The translations under genes and the position numbers were made by a program. Source: Prasinococcaceae sp. CCMP 1430 (lineage: Eukaryota > Plantae > Prasinodermophyta). From it: a stretch of DNA of 64,000 bases. The notes below the pieces were generated by a model, which had not been told where the DNA came from, made no database searches, and saw only the letters and a program-made list of their open reading frames with translations. Shown here in pieces: positions 10,935 through 20,428 of this stretch. The stretch's first letter is position 1, and each line of letters opens with the position of its first letter. Location of the stretch: the NCBI GenBank assembly GCA_013416795.1, contig RQSC01000032.1:1-64000 (forward strand), in the 5' to 3' direction.

Positions 10935-12119
10935 TTACGACGGCGGGGAATAGTGCGTCGGCCACGAAGATGGCACAATGTCATTCTCGAAGAACGGCAG
11001 GTACGTGTCTACGAGGCTGTGCGGGCCACGGAAACCGCTAAGCAGTGGGAAGCTGCCGAGCGCGTCGTCTGAGTCATCGCTAGTGTGAAGCACCGGCGCG
11101 TCTTTCCACCGAGTGTCGATGTACATCTGCTGGGCTCCGTGGGCGTAATTGTTCGACCAAGTAGACGGATTGTACGGGTACACCTGTGGGGGCAGGTGCG
11201 TTATCTTGTCGCCCTTGTTGACGACTCGCAGCTTGTCGAAGGGCTGCGCATCCAGATACTGTGCGAATTGTTCACCGCCAAGGCGAGGCTGTCCAATCGT
11301 CACGAGCGAGAGCGGCAGGCCATCCACCGCATCGACAAGCTCCTTGCTCAGCCCTTGCTCGACAGCCCCTGGCTTCTGCGCGGCGTTCAGCCTGAGCGCG
11401 CAGAGAGTAGCCATCACTCCGCCGAGCGAGTGCCCCGTCATAAGCACGCGCCAGCCTGGGCCTGCGTATGCCTTGCACACTGCGGCGATCTGGTGCTCTA
11501 GGTCAGGTTGAACCGAGAAATAGCACTCGCGCCACCCCCGATGCACAAAAGAGGGATCCTCTGCCGCGGCGTCGCCGATCTCCAGGGGCGTGCGAGAGCG
11601 CAAGCCTTGCCAGATGCTAATGAACCAGTCTGTAAGACTCTCCGAGCCCACGAAAGCGACGACAACGCGTTTCCTGCTCGGAGAGATGAGAACTGCGCAC
11701 TCTGTGTCGTACTTCTTAGAACAGATGAGCTGGAAGTTCCTGGCCATTTCATCACCGTCTGGAGGCAAGACGAGGTCGTACTTCTCCTGAGCTTCGCGCA
11801 CGGCCTCTTTCAGCTCCTTGCCGAAGGTGGCAGCAGCTGTGGCGGACGCGCCGTTGGGCGGGGAGCCGAGCAGCGCAGTGCTCTGCGGGGTTGACAGATC
11901 TTCAGCTTTGCACAGGTCCACGTCCGAGCCCTCGTTGCTCTCGTATTGATACATGAGCAACGATGCGCGGCACGCGAGTCGTGTGTCCTCAAGCGTCGGC
12001 AGCCCGATGGCCGCATCGCCCGCGAGCCCGTGCGTGACAGTGCGGGTGCGCCTGCGTGCGGTCACTGCAGAGCCCAGCAAGAGGGCGCTGGGCCGTCGCG
12101 GTGCCACCAATGTCGTCAT
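10935..12119 (-). CDS. Class 3 lipase, probably plastid-targeted
   Basis: VAFVGSES..DW, VHRGW, VLMTGHSLGG (GxSxG), TIGQPRLG, RVVNKGDKITHLPP and H..DTY. The N-terminus is Ser/Thr/Arg-rich like a transit peptide. Confidence 0.88.
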   Translation of the reverse strand: MTTLVAPRRPSALLLGSAVTARRRTRTVTHGLAGDAAIGLPTLEDTRLACRASLLMYQYESNEGSDVDLCKAEDLSTPQSTALLGSPPNGASATAAATFGKELKEAVREAQEKYDLVLPPDGDEMARNFQLICSKKYDTECAVLISPSRKRVVVAFVGSESLTDWFISIWQGLRSRTPLEIGDAAAEDPSFVHRGWRECYFSVQPDLEHQIAAVCKAYAGPGWRVLMTGHSLGGVMATLCALRLNAAQKPGAVEQGLSKELVDAVDGLPLSLVTIGQPRLGGEQFAQYLDAQPFDKLRVVNKGDKITHLPPQVYPYNPSTWSNNYAHGAQQMYIDTRWKDAPVLHTSDDSDDALGSFPLLSGFRGPHSLVDTYLPFFENDIVPSSWPTHYSPPS

Positions 12120-12707
12120 GTCAATCCACCCACCTAGTCAGCGCCTTCCTCCAACGCCAAGCTCTGTCGGCAGGATGAGGTCCGAGGCAGGCGGTGGTGC
12201 AGCACGAGGATGCGCGGCGCACTCCGGCGCCCTTGGCCCGCAGAGCGGGGCCGCGCCTCGCTCCGCCAAAGAAGGGGGAGCGCGCTTGCTTTCCCGGTAG
12301 CACGCGGGGCGTCGCAGGCGGACACACCGCGCCCCACGGCGCCGCGGCGACAGCGCACTCGCCACGCGTGTGGCGCGGGCCGCGCACACGCACCGCGCGC
12401 CCGCACACGCGCGCATCTGCTCGCTGCACGTGCACGCGCGCGTGGCACGTGCCCCCCTGCACGTGCACAGTCTTTCAACGTGGTGTTAGCCCACTCGAAA
12501 ATTTGTGCCGGCTGGAGGCTGCAACAAAGCGTATCAAATTGCGTGCTGACCAGGTGCTATGAATAGGAATAGGATCTCCGCTCGCAAATGCGACATGTCA
12601 GACGGCGCGCGTTGAGCCGTTGACACGGTTAAACAGCAGAGGGGCTGAGGGAGTGTACGCAGAGCGGTCGCTGCGGAGGCGTGCAGGTGCCACACGCAGT
12701 GCATGTG

Positions 12708-13844
12708 TTACGGAATCGGCAGCACGGGCCACGCGTCGAGCGCGTCGCCGCCGCTCAGGTCGAGCTCCGGCCACGCGGCAGCGGCCACCGCCGCCATGTC
12801 CGGCGGCATCTCCGCGCGCAGGCGCAGGGGCGCGCCGCCGTTCGGGTGCGGATTCGGGTGCGGCACGTCGAGCTGGGCGGCGTGCAGCGCCGGGCGCTTG
12901 CGCAGCTCGACGGCGGCGCCAAGGGCCTCTCGCGCCGTCCGAGCGGCGGTGCCGGCCCATCCGCCGTACGCATCGTCCCCGAGCAGCGGCGCTCGCAGGA
13001 CGTGCGCGCAGTGCACGCGGATCTGATGCGTGCGCCCGGTGAGCAGCGCGATGCTGACCAGGCTCAAACCCGTGCGCTCGCAGTGGGCGTGCAGCCGCGC
13101 GATCGACCGCGCCGCCTTGGCGCTGCTCATGCGCGTCGCAGCGCCACCAGAGACCATCTTGCCCGGCCTGCTGGCATCCTTGGCGACAGGCACGTTCACC
13201 ACCAGCGCGCCGCCGCCGCCGCAGGCGTCGGAGCAGCCGCAGCCGCGCGTCGGCCTGCCGCACAACAGGGCCACGTATGTCTTTTTTGCCGTGTGCCGTC
13301 GGAAGGAATCCGCAAGCGCCCGCTCCGCGGCGGGCGTCTTGGCCAGCACCATCACACCCGTGGTGCCCTTGTCCAGTCTGTGCACGACGCACCGCGGGAT
13401 GAACGAGTCAGCCTCGCCCGTGTGCGACTGCCTATGCTCAAGCATCTGATCGGAGAGCTCCGAGAACCCTGCTAACCGCTGCCTGCCTCCGAGGGCGTGT
13501 ACCACCGTCCCTGAGTCCCAGTAGCCCGGGCTGGGGTGGCACAGCATGCCCGCGGGCTTGTTGACGGCGAGTAGCGCCTCGTCTTCGTGCACCACCGGCA
13601 GCGCGGCGCTCTCCTTGCCACCACCGCCGCCTCCATGACGCCGCTCACCCTTGGCGCGTTCCCTCTTTTTCGCCTGCTTCCTCACGCCTCCCTGTGCGAC
13701 CAGCCTTGGCCCACGCGATCCCCCGCCCGCGCCGCCGCGGTCATCCACGGCGCGCGGGGGCGCGCGTGCGGCGGCCGCTAGCCGCGGGTCGGCGGCGCGG
13801 CGTGCGAGTGCTCTCTTCCTCTGTGCCCGCGACTTCTTGCTCAT
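12708..13844 (-). CDS. RluA-family RNA pseudouridine synthase
   Basis: VNKPAGMLCHP, VHRLDKGTTGVMVLAKT (catalytic Asp), KTYVAL, LLTGRTHQIRVH, PLLGDDAYG and LHAAQLDVPHP. Confidence 0.93.
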   Translation of the reverse strand: MSKKSRAQRKRALARRAADPRLAAAARAPPRAVDDRGGAGGGSRGPRLVAQGGVRKQAKKRERAKGERRHGGGGGGKESAALPVVHEDEALLAVNKPAGMLCHPSPGYWDSGTVVHALGGRQRLAGFSELSDQMLEHRQSHTGEADSFIPRCVVHRLDKGTTGVMVLAKTPAAERALADSFRRHTAKKTYVALLCGRPTRGCGCSDACGGGGALVVNVPVAKDASRPGKMVSGGAATRMSSAKAARSIARLHAHCERTGLSLVSIALLTGRTHQIRVHCAHVLRAPLLGDDAYGGWAGTAARTAREALGAAVELRKRPALHAAQLDVPHPNPHPNGGAPLRLRAEMPPDMAAVAAAAWPELDLSGGDALDAWPVLPIP

Positions 13845-13850
13845 GGGTGG

Positions 13851-15652
13851 ATGGCGGTGAAATCACGCGGCGCCGCCCTCTCGCGCGCGCCGCTCGGTCC
13901 CGCCGCGCCACGTGCGCCACCTCACGGCTGGAGGGGCCAGTGTTGGTGGCGCCCGGCGGCACTCCGCGGTGCTACAGCACGCCCCGCGCGCCGCGCGTGG
14001 AGTGGTCCGCCTGGCCCTGTGCGCCCCGCTGGGTGTGCCGCATTTTTTTGCTCGTGTTCGCGCTTTTTTGCTGCTACCTGTGTGGCGCACGCACGCGCCG
14101 CGCGTGCGTTCGCGCCGCCGCCCGCCTGCTCGCCCCGCGCGTCGAACATCGACGCCACCGACTTCACGCACGCGGGCGCAGCGGCCGGCGGCAGCAGTGG
14201 CGTCGGCGGTGCCGCAGTCGGCACCGGCGAGGGCGGCGCCGGTGTCGTGCGGCACTCGCTGGGCGGCGTCGTGCGCGGTACGCTCCATCGCAGGTACAAG
14301 CGCTTCCTCGCCGATGTCGAGCTTGACCCCGCCGCACGCGGCCTTCCCGGCGCGGACGCGAACGCGCAGGCTGAGGAGGGGGGAGGCGTCACACTCACGG
14401 TCGTGCATTGCCCGAACACAGGGCCGATGACGGGCCTGCTCGACAGCCTGCCCGCGCCGTGCCTGCTGTCGCATCACCCCTCCAAGACACGGAAGTACGG
14501 TACGTGTGCGCAGTCGGGAGCGTGGGCTGCCGTTTGTGCGCATACGTGAGGCGCGGGTGTGAGACACGGTGGCGCCCACTTGCGACACAGGTGCATCACT
14601 CGCACACACACTCACACACTTGCCTCAGCTACGCTGACGCCGCTCGGCCTTTCGCTCGCCCCGCTTGCGCATGCTTGCACACATGCACACGCACGCACGC
14701 ACGCGTGAACGAACGACACAGCGTTCTCCCTTGCGGCGATCGAGGTGGACGGCACGTGGGTCGGCGTCAACTCGGCCAGGGCGAATGACGTGGTGGGCAC
14801 GGCGGTCGCCGCGGGGCTGCTCGACGCGCCGCTGGCGATGGGCGCGGGTGGCGTGCGCCGCGGCGCCGTGCGGCGCGAAGTGAAGTGCGGCGACGACGGC
14901 AAGTCACGGCGCGATTTCGTTGTCGAGAGGCTGCCTGCAGACGGCGGTGGCGATGCGCAGGTGAGGCGCGAGTGTGTGTGTTCCTGTGCGATTGCGTGTG
15001 CGCGTCCCACGCGCGCACACGCGCGCAAATGTCGCTGTGTCGCGCGTGCCCGCCAGAGCTCTCGCACTCACACATCCCTGCCCTCAATGCCCGTGGCTGA
15101 CACACACACGGACGCCCAAATTCGCACGCGTGCTCGCGCGCGCACGAAAACTCCGGTGCCGGTGTCGCGCCGCAGGATGTGCACCTCGAGGTGAAGGCCG
15201 TCACCCTGACCAACGGCGAGCCCTCCGCCGAGCCTGGCTGCGAGGGCGGCCTCGTGGCACTCTTCCCCGACACGGTGTCCAAGCGCGCGTCGAAGCACAC
15301 GCGGGAGCTCATCGAGCACCAGCACGCTGCGTCGGCCTCCTCACGAGGGAGGGACGAGGCGGGCATGGCCGCCGCGGCCGTCATGCTCATCCTACGCGGC
15401 GACTGCTCGAGCTACTGCCCCGCGGACGATTGCGACCCGGCGTACGGCGCGCTCGTGCGCAGCGCGGCGCTCGAGGGAGTGGGCGTGCTGCCGCTCCGCG
15501 CCGCGCTCAGCCTCGAGGGGGAGGCCGACGCGCATGGCATGCGCGAGCTCATTGTTGATGTGCGACCGGACCTCGCGCCGCTCGAGTCGCGGCTGTGGGA
15601 GCGGGAGGACGGGCGAGGGCGTGAGGAAGTCGCAGCTGCTGGGCCGCCGTAA
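13851..15652 (+). CDS. sfsA: SfsA (sugar fermentation stimulation protein A) family PD-(D/E)xK nuclease-like protein, 3 exons; start uncertain
   Basis: RRYKRFLADVEL, HCPNTGPMTGL, RKY|AFSLAAIEVDGTWVGVNS, REVKCG..SRRDF, VHLEVKAVTL, FPDTVSKRASKHTREL, PADDCDPAYG and A..EGV. Introns are at about 14500-14721 and 14961-15175. Confidence 0.9.
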
Positions 15653-15712
15653 TAACACACGCTCACAATCACACCCTACGACGACTGCGTGTACTGTCTA
15701 CTCCTTCGCCCA

Positions 15713-16633
15713 TTACGCACTCTTGCGCTCGAGCACAAACTGTATGTCGGGCACGATCTCCTTGCGCCCGGCTATATCCACGTACTCACCGTTGGACACG
15801 AGCGCCGCCATGACGGCATCGAAGCTCTGGCCCTCGGCGTCAAACAAGCAGGGGACGTAGATCGTCGCGGGGGGCGCAGTCTGTGTCACACACACGCGTG
15901 CGCGCACACGCGCGTACACACGTACGCACGCAACGTGAGCGCGTCAGTACGGCGCGAGCAGGTCAGCGCGCGCACCTCGCTGGCTCTGAGGCGCATGCAC
16001 GAAAACTTCCACACCTCCACACCCCACACTCCCCGTAGCGCTGCACGCACACACGCACACGCATTCAGACTCGCGCTCGCGCGCTCTCACGTAGTAGCTC
16101 ATCGTGTCCACGGGCGGCTTGACCGGCAGGACCGCCGTGCACAGGCGCAGCACGTCCCCAGGGCGCACGTCGAAAGCCGCCGCGTTCGAGCCCTCTGCCA
16201 CCTCGCTCACTGTTGTGAGGCCATCGCCAAGGTCCTCAAACTAAGGTAACGCGCAGCGAGCAAGCGGTTGCGCACGTGTGCATGTTGATGCGCGTACGCA
16301 CGTGCGCACACCGTGGGCGTTCGCGTCTCTGGCGTCAGTGCAGGCGCCTCTCGCATGAGTGCGTGTGTGCACCGCGCGCGGGGCGGGGCGCGCTGCGGCC
16401 GCACGCACCGTGATGCCCAGCGGGCGTTCAATCGTGTGGCACACAAACTCCGCGCCCGCCGATTTCGCGACGAGCGTCTCCGTCGCCTGCTTGCCGCCGA
16501 CGAGGTCGAAGCGGAAGTTCTCCTTGCACGCCCCGGCGTCCGTCTTCTCGCTCACGCCCGTGCGCACGACGCCGCACACAACGCGCGCGCGCCGCGGCGC
16601 GGGCGAGCGGTGGGTGCGCGATGGCGTGCCCAA
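15713..16633 (-). CDS. Small PDZ-like-domain protein, probably plastid-targeted, 3 exons; start codon not identified
   Basis: IERPLGIT|FEDLGDGLTTVSEVAEGSNAAAFDVRPGDVL (PDZ-like) and ..CLFDAEGQSFDAVMAALVSN. The sequence RRARVVC resembles the end of a transit peptide. Confidence 0.6.
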
Positions 16634-16971
16634 TGCGCGTCTTTCTGGTCGCTGCGTCGGCCCTCATTGCGCTCGCCGTGGGTCTGCTGCAGTGGCGCGC
16701 GGCTAACGAGGAGGACGGCCTGCTGGGAGCGGTATGTCCCGCAGAGCATGGCGGACACACCACGCTGCCCACAGGGCCGCCAGGACCCTGCGGCGGTGCT
16801 CGCTCCCACGAGCAAAGTGCGACAAACAAGGGCGCACCCATGGACAAGCTTACGCCCGCCGGGCGTGGTGGATCCCTGTGGTTCCTCTTCGACTCATTCA
16901 GCGGCAGGTACTTGTACGACGCATGGAAGGTCTGGCGAGCGGCACCTCGCGTTGCGGCAAAAAGAGAGTAG
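16621..16971 (+). CDS. Small membrane protein of a plant-conserved uncharacterised family
   Basis: N-terminal MACPMRVFLVAASALIALAVG and C-terminal LWFLFDSFSGRYLY, resembling the plant MCPLR..L / W..D..SGRYLW small proteins. Confidence 0.65.
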   Translation: MACPMRVFLVAASALIALAVGLLQWRAANEEDGLLGAVCPAEHGGHTTLPTGPPGPCGGARSHEQSATNKGAPMDKLTPAGRGGSLWFLFDSFSGRYLYDAWKVWRAAPRVAAKRE

Positions 16972-17455
16972 CGCTTGCGACGTCGCATGACACGTGTGGA
17001 GACCTGAACGTGCACACGCTGCCAGCGCGTGGCCAGCTCGCAACACATGCACCACGGCCTCGCTGTTGCTGAGGTCTCGCACCACTGCACTCACTCTGCG
17101 GTGCTGGAAACCATAATACTCATTCTAGTAGCCCCAGGCGTCCGTGCACGTGCGCGCATGCTGAGCGTCGGTGTCAACGGTGCGCGCTTGAACACCATCG
17201 AGCCATGGCTACACGCCCGAACGAAAAATGCCGGACTTGAGGGGCGGCACAACACTCCTGCTCTTCATTATTCATCACATGAGCTCGACTACCCGTGCTG
17301 CTAATCGCACGGGCCTCGCCACAATTCCGGCGCGAGCTGCGCCCCCTCAGGGCACGGGGTTTAGCTTGTGTGTCTCACGAGCGTGTGGCGCACCCGCCGT
17401 AGGGATTCGCAGCAGGACCTACACGCCTGCGTGTAGTATACAATACAGGAGCAGG

Positions 17456-18514
17456 TCAGGCTGCCTTGGCCTCCGCGGCGGCACGTTTCTGCTTCTCCCT
17501 GGCCGAAGACATCGAGTACAAGAAGACGCCCGCGATGGCAATGATCGTGCCTGCGGCGGTCTGCGGCGTGATTGCATTGCCGAAGTACAGGATGGAGAAG
17601 CCGATCACAAAGCAGCGCTTGGCGACGTTGCCAACCGACGCGGTGAGCGGCTTGTCGAATGCCTCGATGGCGTTGAAGCACAGCTGGTTGTACAGATGGT
17701 ACGTCAGACCTACGAAAAAGAGGTCGCCGAGGAAGGGGATCGTGCCGTGCGACGCCGCTGCGGCCTGCATTGCAGGCCAGAGCTTGGTGGCCTCGAGCAT
17801 GAAGATGGGCGGGATGCACCACAGCAGTGACACGATGCTCAAATGAATGTACTGGTTGGTGCTGTTGAGCTCCTTGCTCAGGCCCTCCTTGGCAAGGTAG
17901 TTGCGGAACGCGAAGGCCACATTGGAAAACATGGCGCCGTTGAAGCCTACCCAGTTGAAGCTCAGCTCGTGCGCCGACGCGAGAGCCACGCCCGCAACGA
18001 CAGGCACGAGGGACAGCCACACTGGCAGAGCGACCTTCTTGCGAAAGACGAGCTGGCTGATGGCCGCAGCAACGAAGGGCTCCATCGCCTTCACGGTGTG
18101 GGTGAAGCTCACCGCGACGGCTCCGAAACTGAAGTTCACCGCCGTGTGGCCCAGCCCATGGAACATGGCCTGCAGCTGGAAATTCCTCCCGAGCAGCAGC
18201 TTGCGCGGCATGATCTGGCGTTGCGGGAAGACGGCGTTGCCTTTTGGGAAGGCCAGCCAGCCGACGATGCCCCAGAGCGAGCCCACCGCTAAGTGCAGCG
18301 CAGACACGAAAGCCGGGCACGGGAAGTAGTTGTACAGGGCCTTGTTCTTGATGTTGAACACGACGTTGATGAAGTACCACAAGAACACAATGAGAGGGAG
18401 CTTGTTGTCCGCGACGAATGACCTTGTCCTGCCAAGCAAGCTACGACACACAGATCGCGCGACCGTCGCGACGGGACGGGTGGCGTGGATCAGCGTCAGC
18501 GTGAGGCGCTGCAT
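17456..18514 (-). CDS. TPT: Plastid triose-phosphate/phosphate translocator (TPT family); transit peptide possibly incomplete
   Basis: WYFINVVFNIKNKALYNYFPCP, SFTHTVKAMEPF, LSFNWVGFNGAMFSN, YHLYNQL and SVGNVAKRCFVIG. Confidence 0.93.
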   Translation of the reverse strand: MQRLTLTLIHATRPVATVARSVCRSLLGRTRSFVADNKLPLIVFLWYFINVVFNIKNKALYNYFPCPAFVSALHLAVGSLWGIVGWLAFPKGNAVFPQRQIMPRKLLLGRNFQLQAMFHGLGHTAVNFSFGAVAVSFTHTVKAMEPFVAAAISQLVFRKKVALPVWLSLVPVVAGVALASAHELSFNWVGFNGAMFSNVAFAFRNYLAKEGLSKELNSTNQYIHLSIVSLLWCIPPIFMLEATKLWPAMQAAAASHGTIPFLGDLFFVGLTYHLYNQLCFNAIEAFDKPLTASVGNVAKRCFVIGFSILYFGNAITPQTAAGTIIAIAGVFLYSMSSAREKQKRAAAEAKAA

Positions 18515-18705
18515 GCGCCTTCGTCTTCGCGGCACTGAACCCAAAATGCCACAGCGGACCCTTCCAGGCCACGCCGAGCGCCGTGCAGGCGCGCGCCGCT
18601 TGCGCCCTCCCACCGCGGGAGGCGCAAGACCCGGGATTCATCCATGCTCCCGTATGCGCCCGCGCGCGGGCGGCGTCTCGCCGGCGGGCCGCACCGCGCG
18701 GCGGN

Positions 18706-18990
18706 GCGACCCCGAGCGTGCCGGCGAGCACGCCTACGATTGACGCGTCCTTGGCTTTCTCGACGAGGAAGTAGCGCCGCTGCAGCGCGCGAAACGCGCC
18801 GGGTTCGTCAGAGAGCCAGGCTCCGCCGCAGGCGCCGTCGCCATCGCCATCGCTGTCGCCGAAAGCGCCGCCGCTGCCATCGTCGCCGGCGCTGCGCACG
18901 GGCTCGAGCGCGGGGTCATAGCGGCAGTAAATCGTCGGTGCGAGCGTCATGAGTGCAGATGTCAGCGCGGGGCCCTCCCCCCCGGGGCCC
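18706..18990 (-). CDS. DPH2: Internal fragment of diphthamide biosynthesis protein DPH2
   Basis: ALTSALMTL..CRYDP and LQRRYFLVEKAKDASIVGVLAGTLGV, which is the DPH2 signature. It is truncated by the N at 18705 and the N-terminal half is not present upstream. Confidence 0.75.
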
Positions 18991-19704
18991 GCACCCGCCC
19001 TGCGGCACGACGCCAGGCGCTTTTCTGCCCTCCTCGAGATATTGTGCAGCCGAAAGTGCGCGGAAAGCGCGAGCGCGCGAGGAGCAAGCGCCGCCCAGGA
19101 ACGCATCCGCCCCGCCGCGCCGGGAGCGCCCGAGACGCCACAGGCGCAACCCCGCGCCAGCCCAGCCGCGGATCCGCGAGGACTGGCTGGGCCGGAAGGA
19201 AAGTGCCCCTCCTTGGGGTTAATAAAAAGGTAGGGTCCCAAAATTTGGCCAAACAACGGGAACTGATGGTATCATTCGAAGGACGTCGTCTCTACAGTTG
19301 AAATGGCGCATGATGAAGCGCCCCGACGGAGGCGGACGTGCGCGCCCCCGGCCACACCGCGCGCCGCTCGCTGCAGCCCGCTGCGGCCCCCCCCCCCCCC
19401 CCCCCCCCCCCCGGGGGGGCGGGGGCAAGCGGCTGGAGCGGGCAGTGGGAGAGGCGCGCTTCGGAGGTGCCCCTCTTGCCATTTCGACCGCGGTGCACGC
19501 GCACACGCGCCACTTCGTTCTTCCGCCCGCCGTACGCGCGTGCCTGTGCTGTTCGCGCCCTTGTGCGCGCGGTAGTACCTCTGTGCCCGGCCCGCAAAAG
19601 CAAGCGCCCCTCCCCCCCCCCCCCCCCCCCCCCCCCCCTCCCCCCAAGGGCAGCGGCCGCGGCGGTGATTGGCGCGCGTGCCACCTCGAGTGCAGGGCAG
19701 AGCG

Positions 19705-20370
19705 ATGTCGGGGTGGAGGGTCGATCCGGAGGGCAAAGAGGGCGTGCTTGTGATCAGCGGTCTCGGCAGCATCGTGTCCGTCGACAACGTGCGTACGGCG
19801 CTGTCGCAATTCACAGAGGTGAAGCGCATCAGCTGTTGTGAGCGCGCCGCAGAGGATCCCGGGCATAGGAGACCGCAGCGCACGATGGTGGTGGATGTGG
19901 GCGGGCTGGCGCCAGCTCGGCGCCTGGCCGAGCAATTCAACGACCACTTCTTCATGATTGGGGGGATGCCGCGCCCCGTCAAGGCTGAGGCTGTCGAATG
20001 CGACTTCGAGGCGGCGAAAGCGGCAGCTGCACGTGCGGAGCAGAGCGCCGCTGACGGTGATACCGTGAGCGCCGAGCCTGCAAACGACGCTGAAGCCGCG
20101 TGGGCGCACCGCGTGGCGAAGCTGTTGAGACAGCAGGCGCTCGAGCGGGAGGTTATGGCGGAGCGTGCACTTCACGCCGAGTACAAGCTGCACAACCAGC
20201 AGCGCCGACAGCACGAGGACCAGCTGCTCAACTCGAAGGACATCGAGGGGCTGGTCAAAAGCCACCCGCTCGCCAAGCTCTCCCGCTTGCACGGCGACAG
20301 CCCGCCGAGGAGGTGGAAGAGGGTCGAGAGGGATCTCCAGGGGGGTCGAGACCCTCGGAGGCGATGGTGA
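19705..20370 (+). CDS. RRM protein similar to plant AIPP1/EDM3 (ASI1-immunoprecipitated protein 1)
   Basis: RRM-like VRTALSQFTEVKRI and FFMIGGMPRPVKA (AIPP1 signature FM..GMPRPVRA), followed by a helical region with KL..QQ and L.RL. Confidence 0.72.
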   Translation: MSGWRVDPEGKEGVLVISGLGSIVSVDNVRTALSQFTEVKRISCCERAAEDPGHRRPQRTMVVDVGGLAPARRLAEQFNDHFFMIGGMPRPVKAEAVECDFEAAKAAAARAEQSAADGDTVSAEPANDAEAAWAHRVAKLLRQQALEREVMAERALHAEYKLHNQQRRQHEDQLLNSKDIEGLVKSHPLAKLSRLHGDSPPRRWKRVERDLQGGRDPRRRW

Positions 20371-20389
20371 GCCTGCGCGTGTGTAATTA

Positions 20390-20407
20390 TTTAGGGTTTA
20401 GGGTTTA
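20390..20407 (+). repeat. Interstitial plant-type telomeric repeat (TTTAGGG)x2.5
   Basis: TTTAGGGTTTAGGGTTTA lies directly after a TGTAA poly(A)-signal-like motif. Confidence 0.8.
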
Positions 20408-20428
20408 CAGTATTATCCGCAAATTTCC

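Noticed and set aside
19386-19640. Poly-C/poly-G, poly-A (27290-27310) and (GA)n/poly-G (29819-29876) runs as functional elements
   Set aside because: They are simple homopolymer or microsatellite tracts in promoters and introns, common in such genomes and error-prone in assembly.
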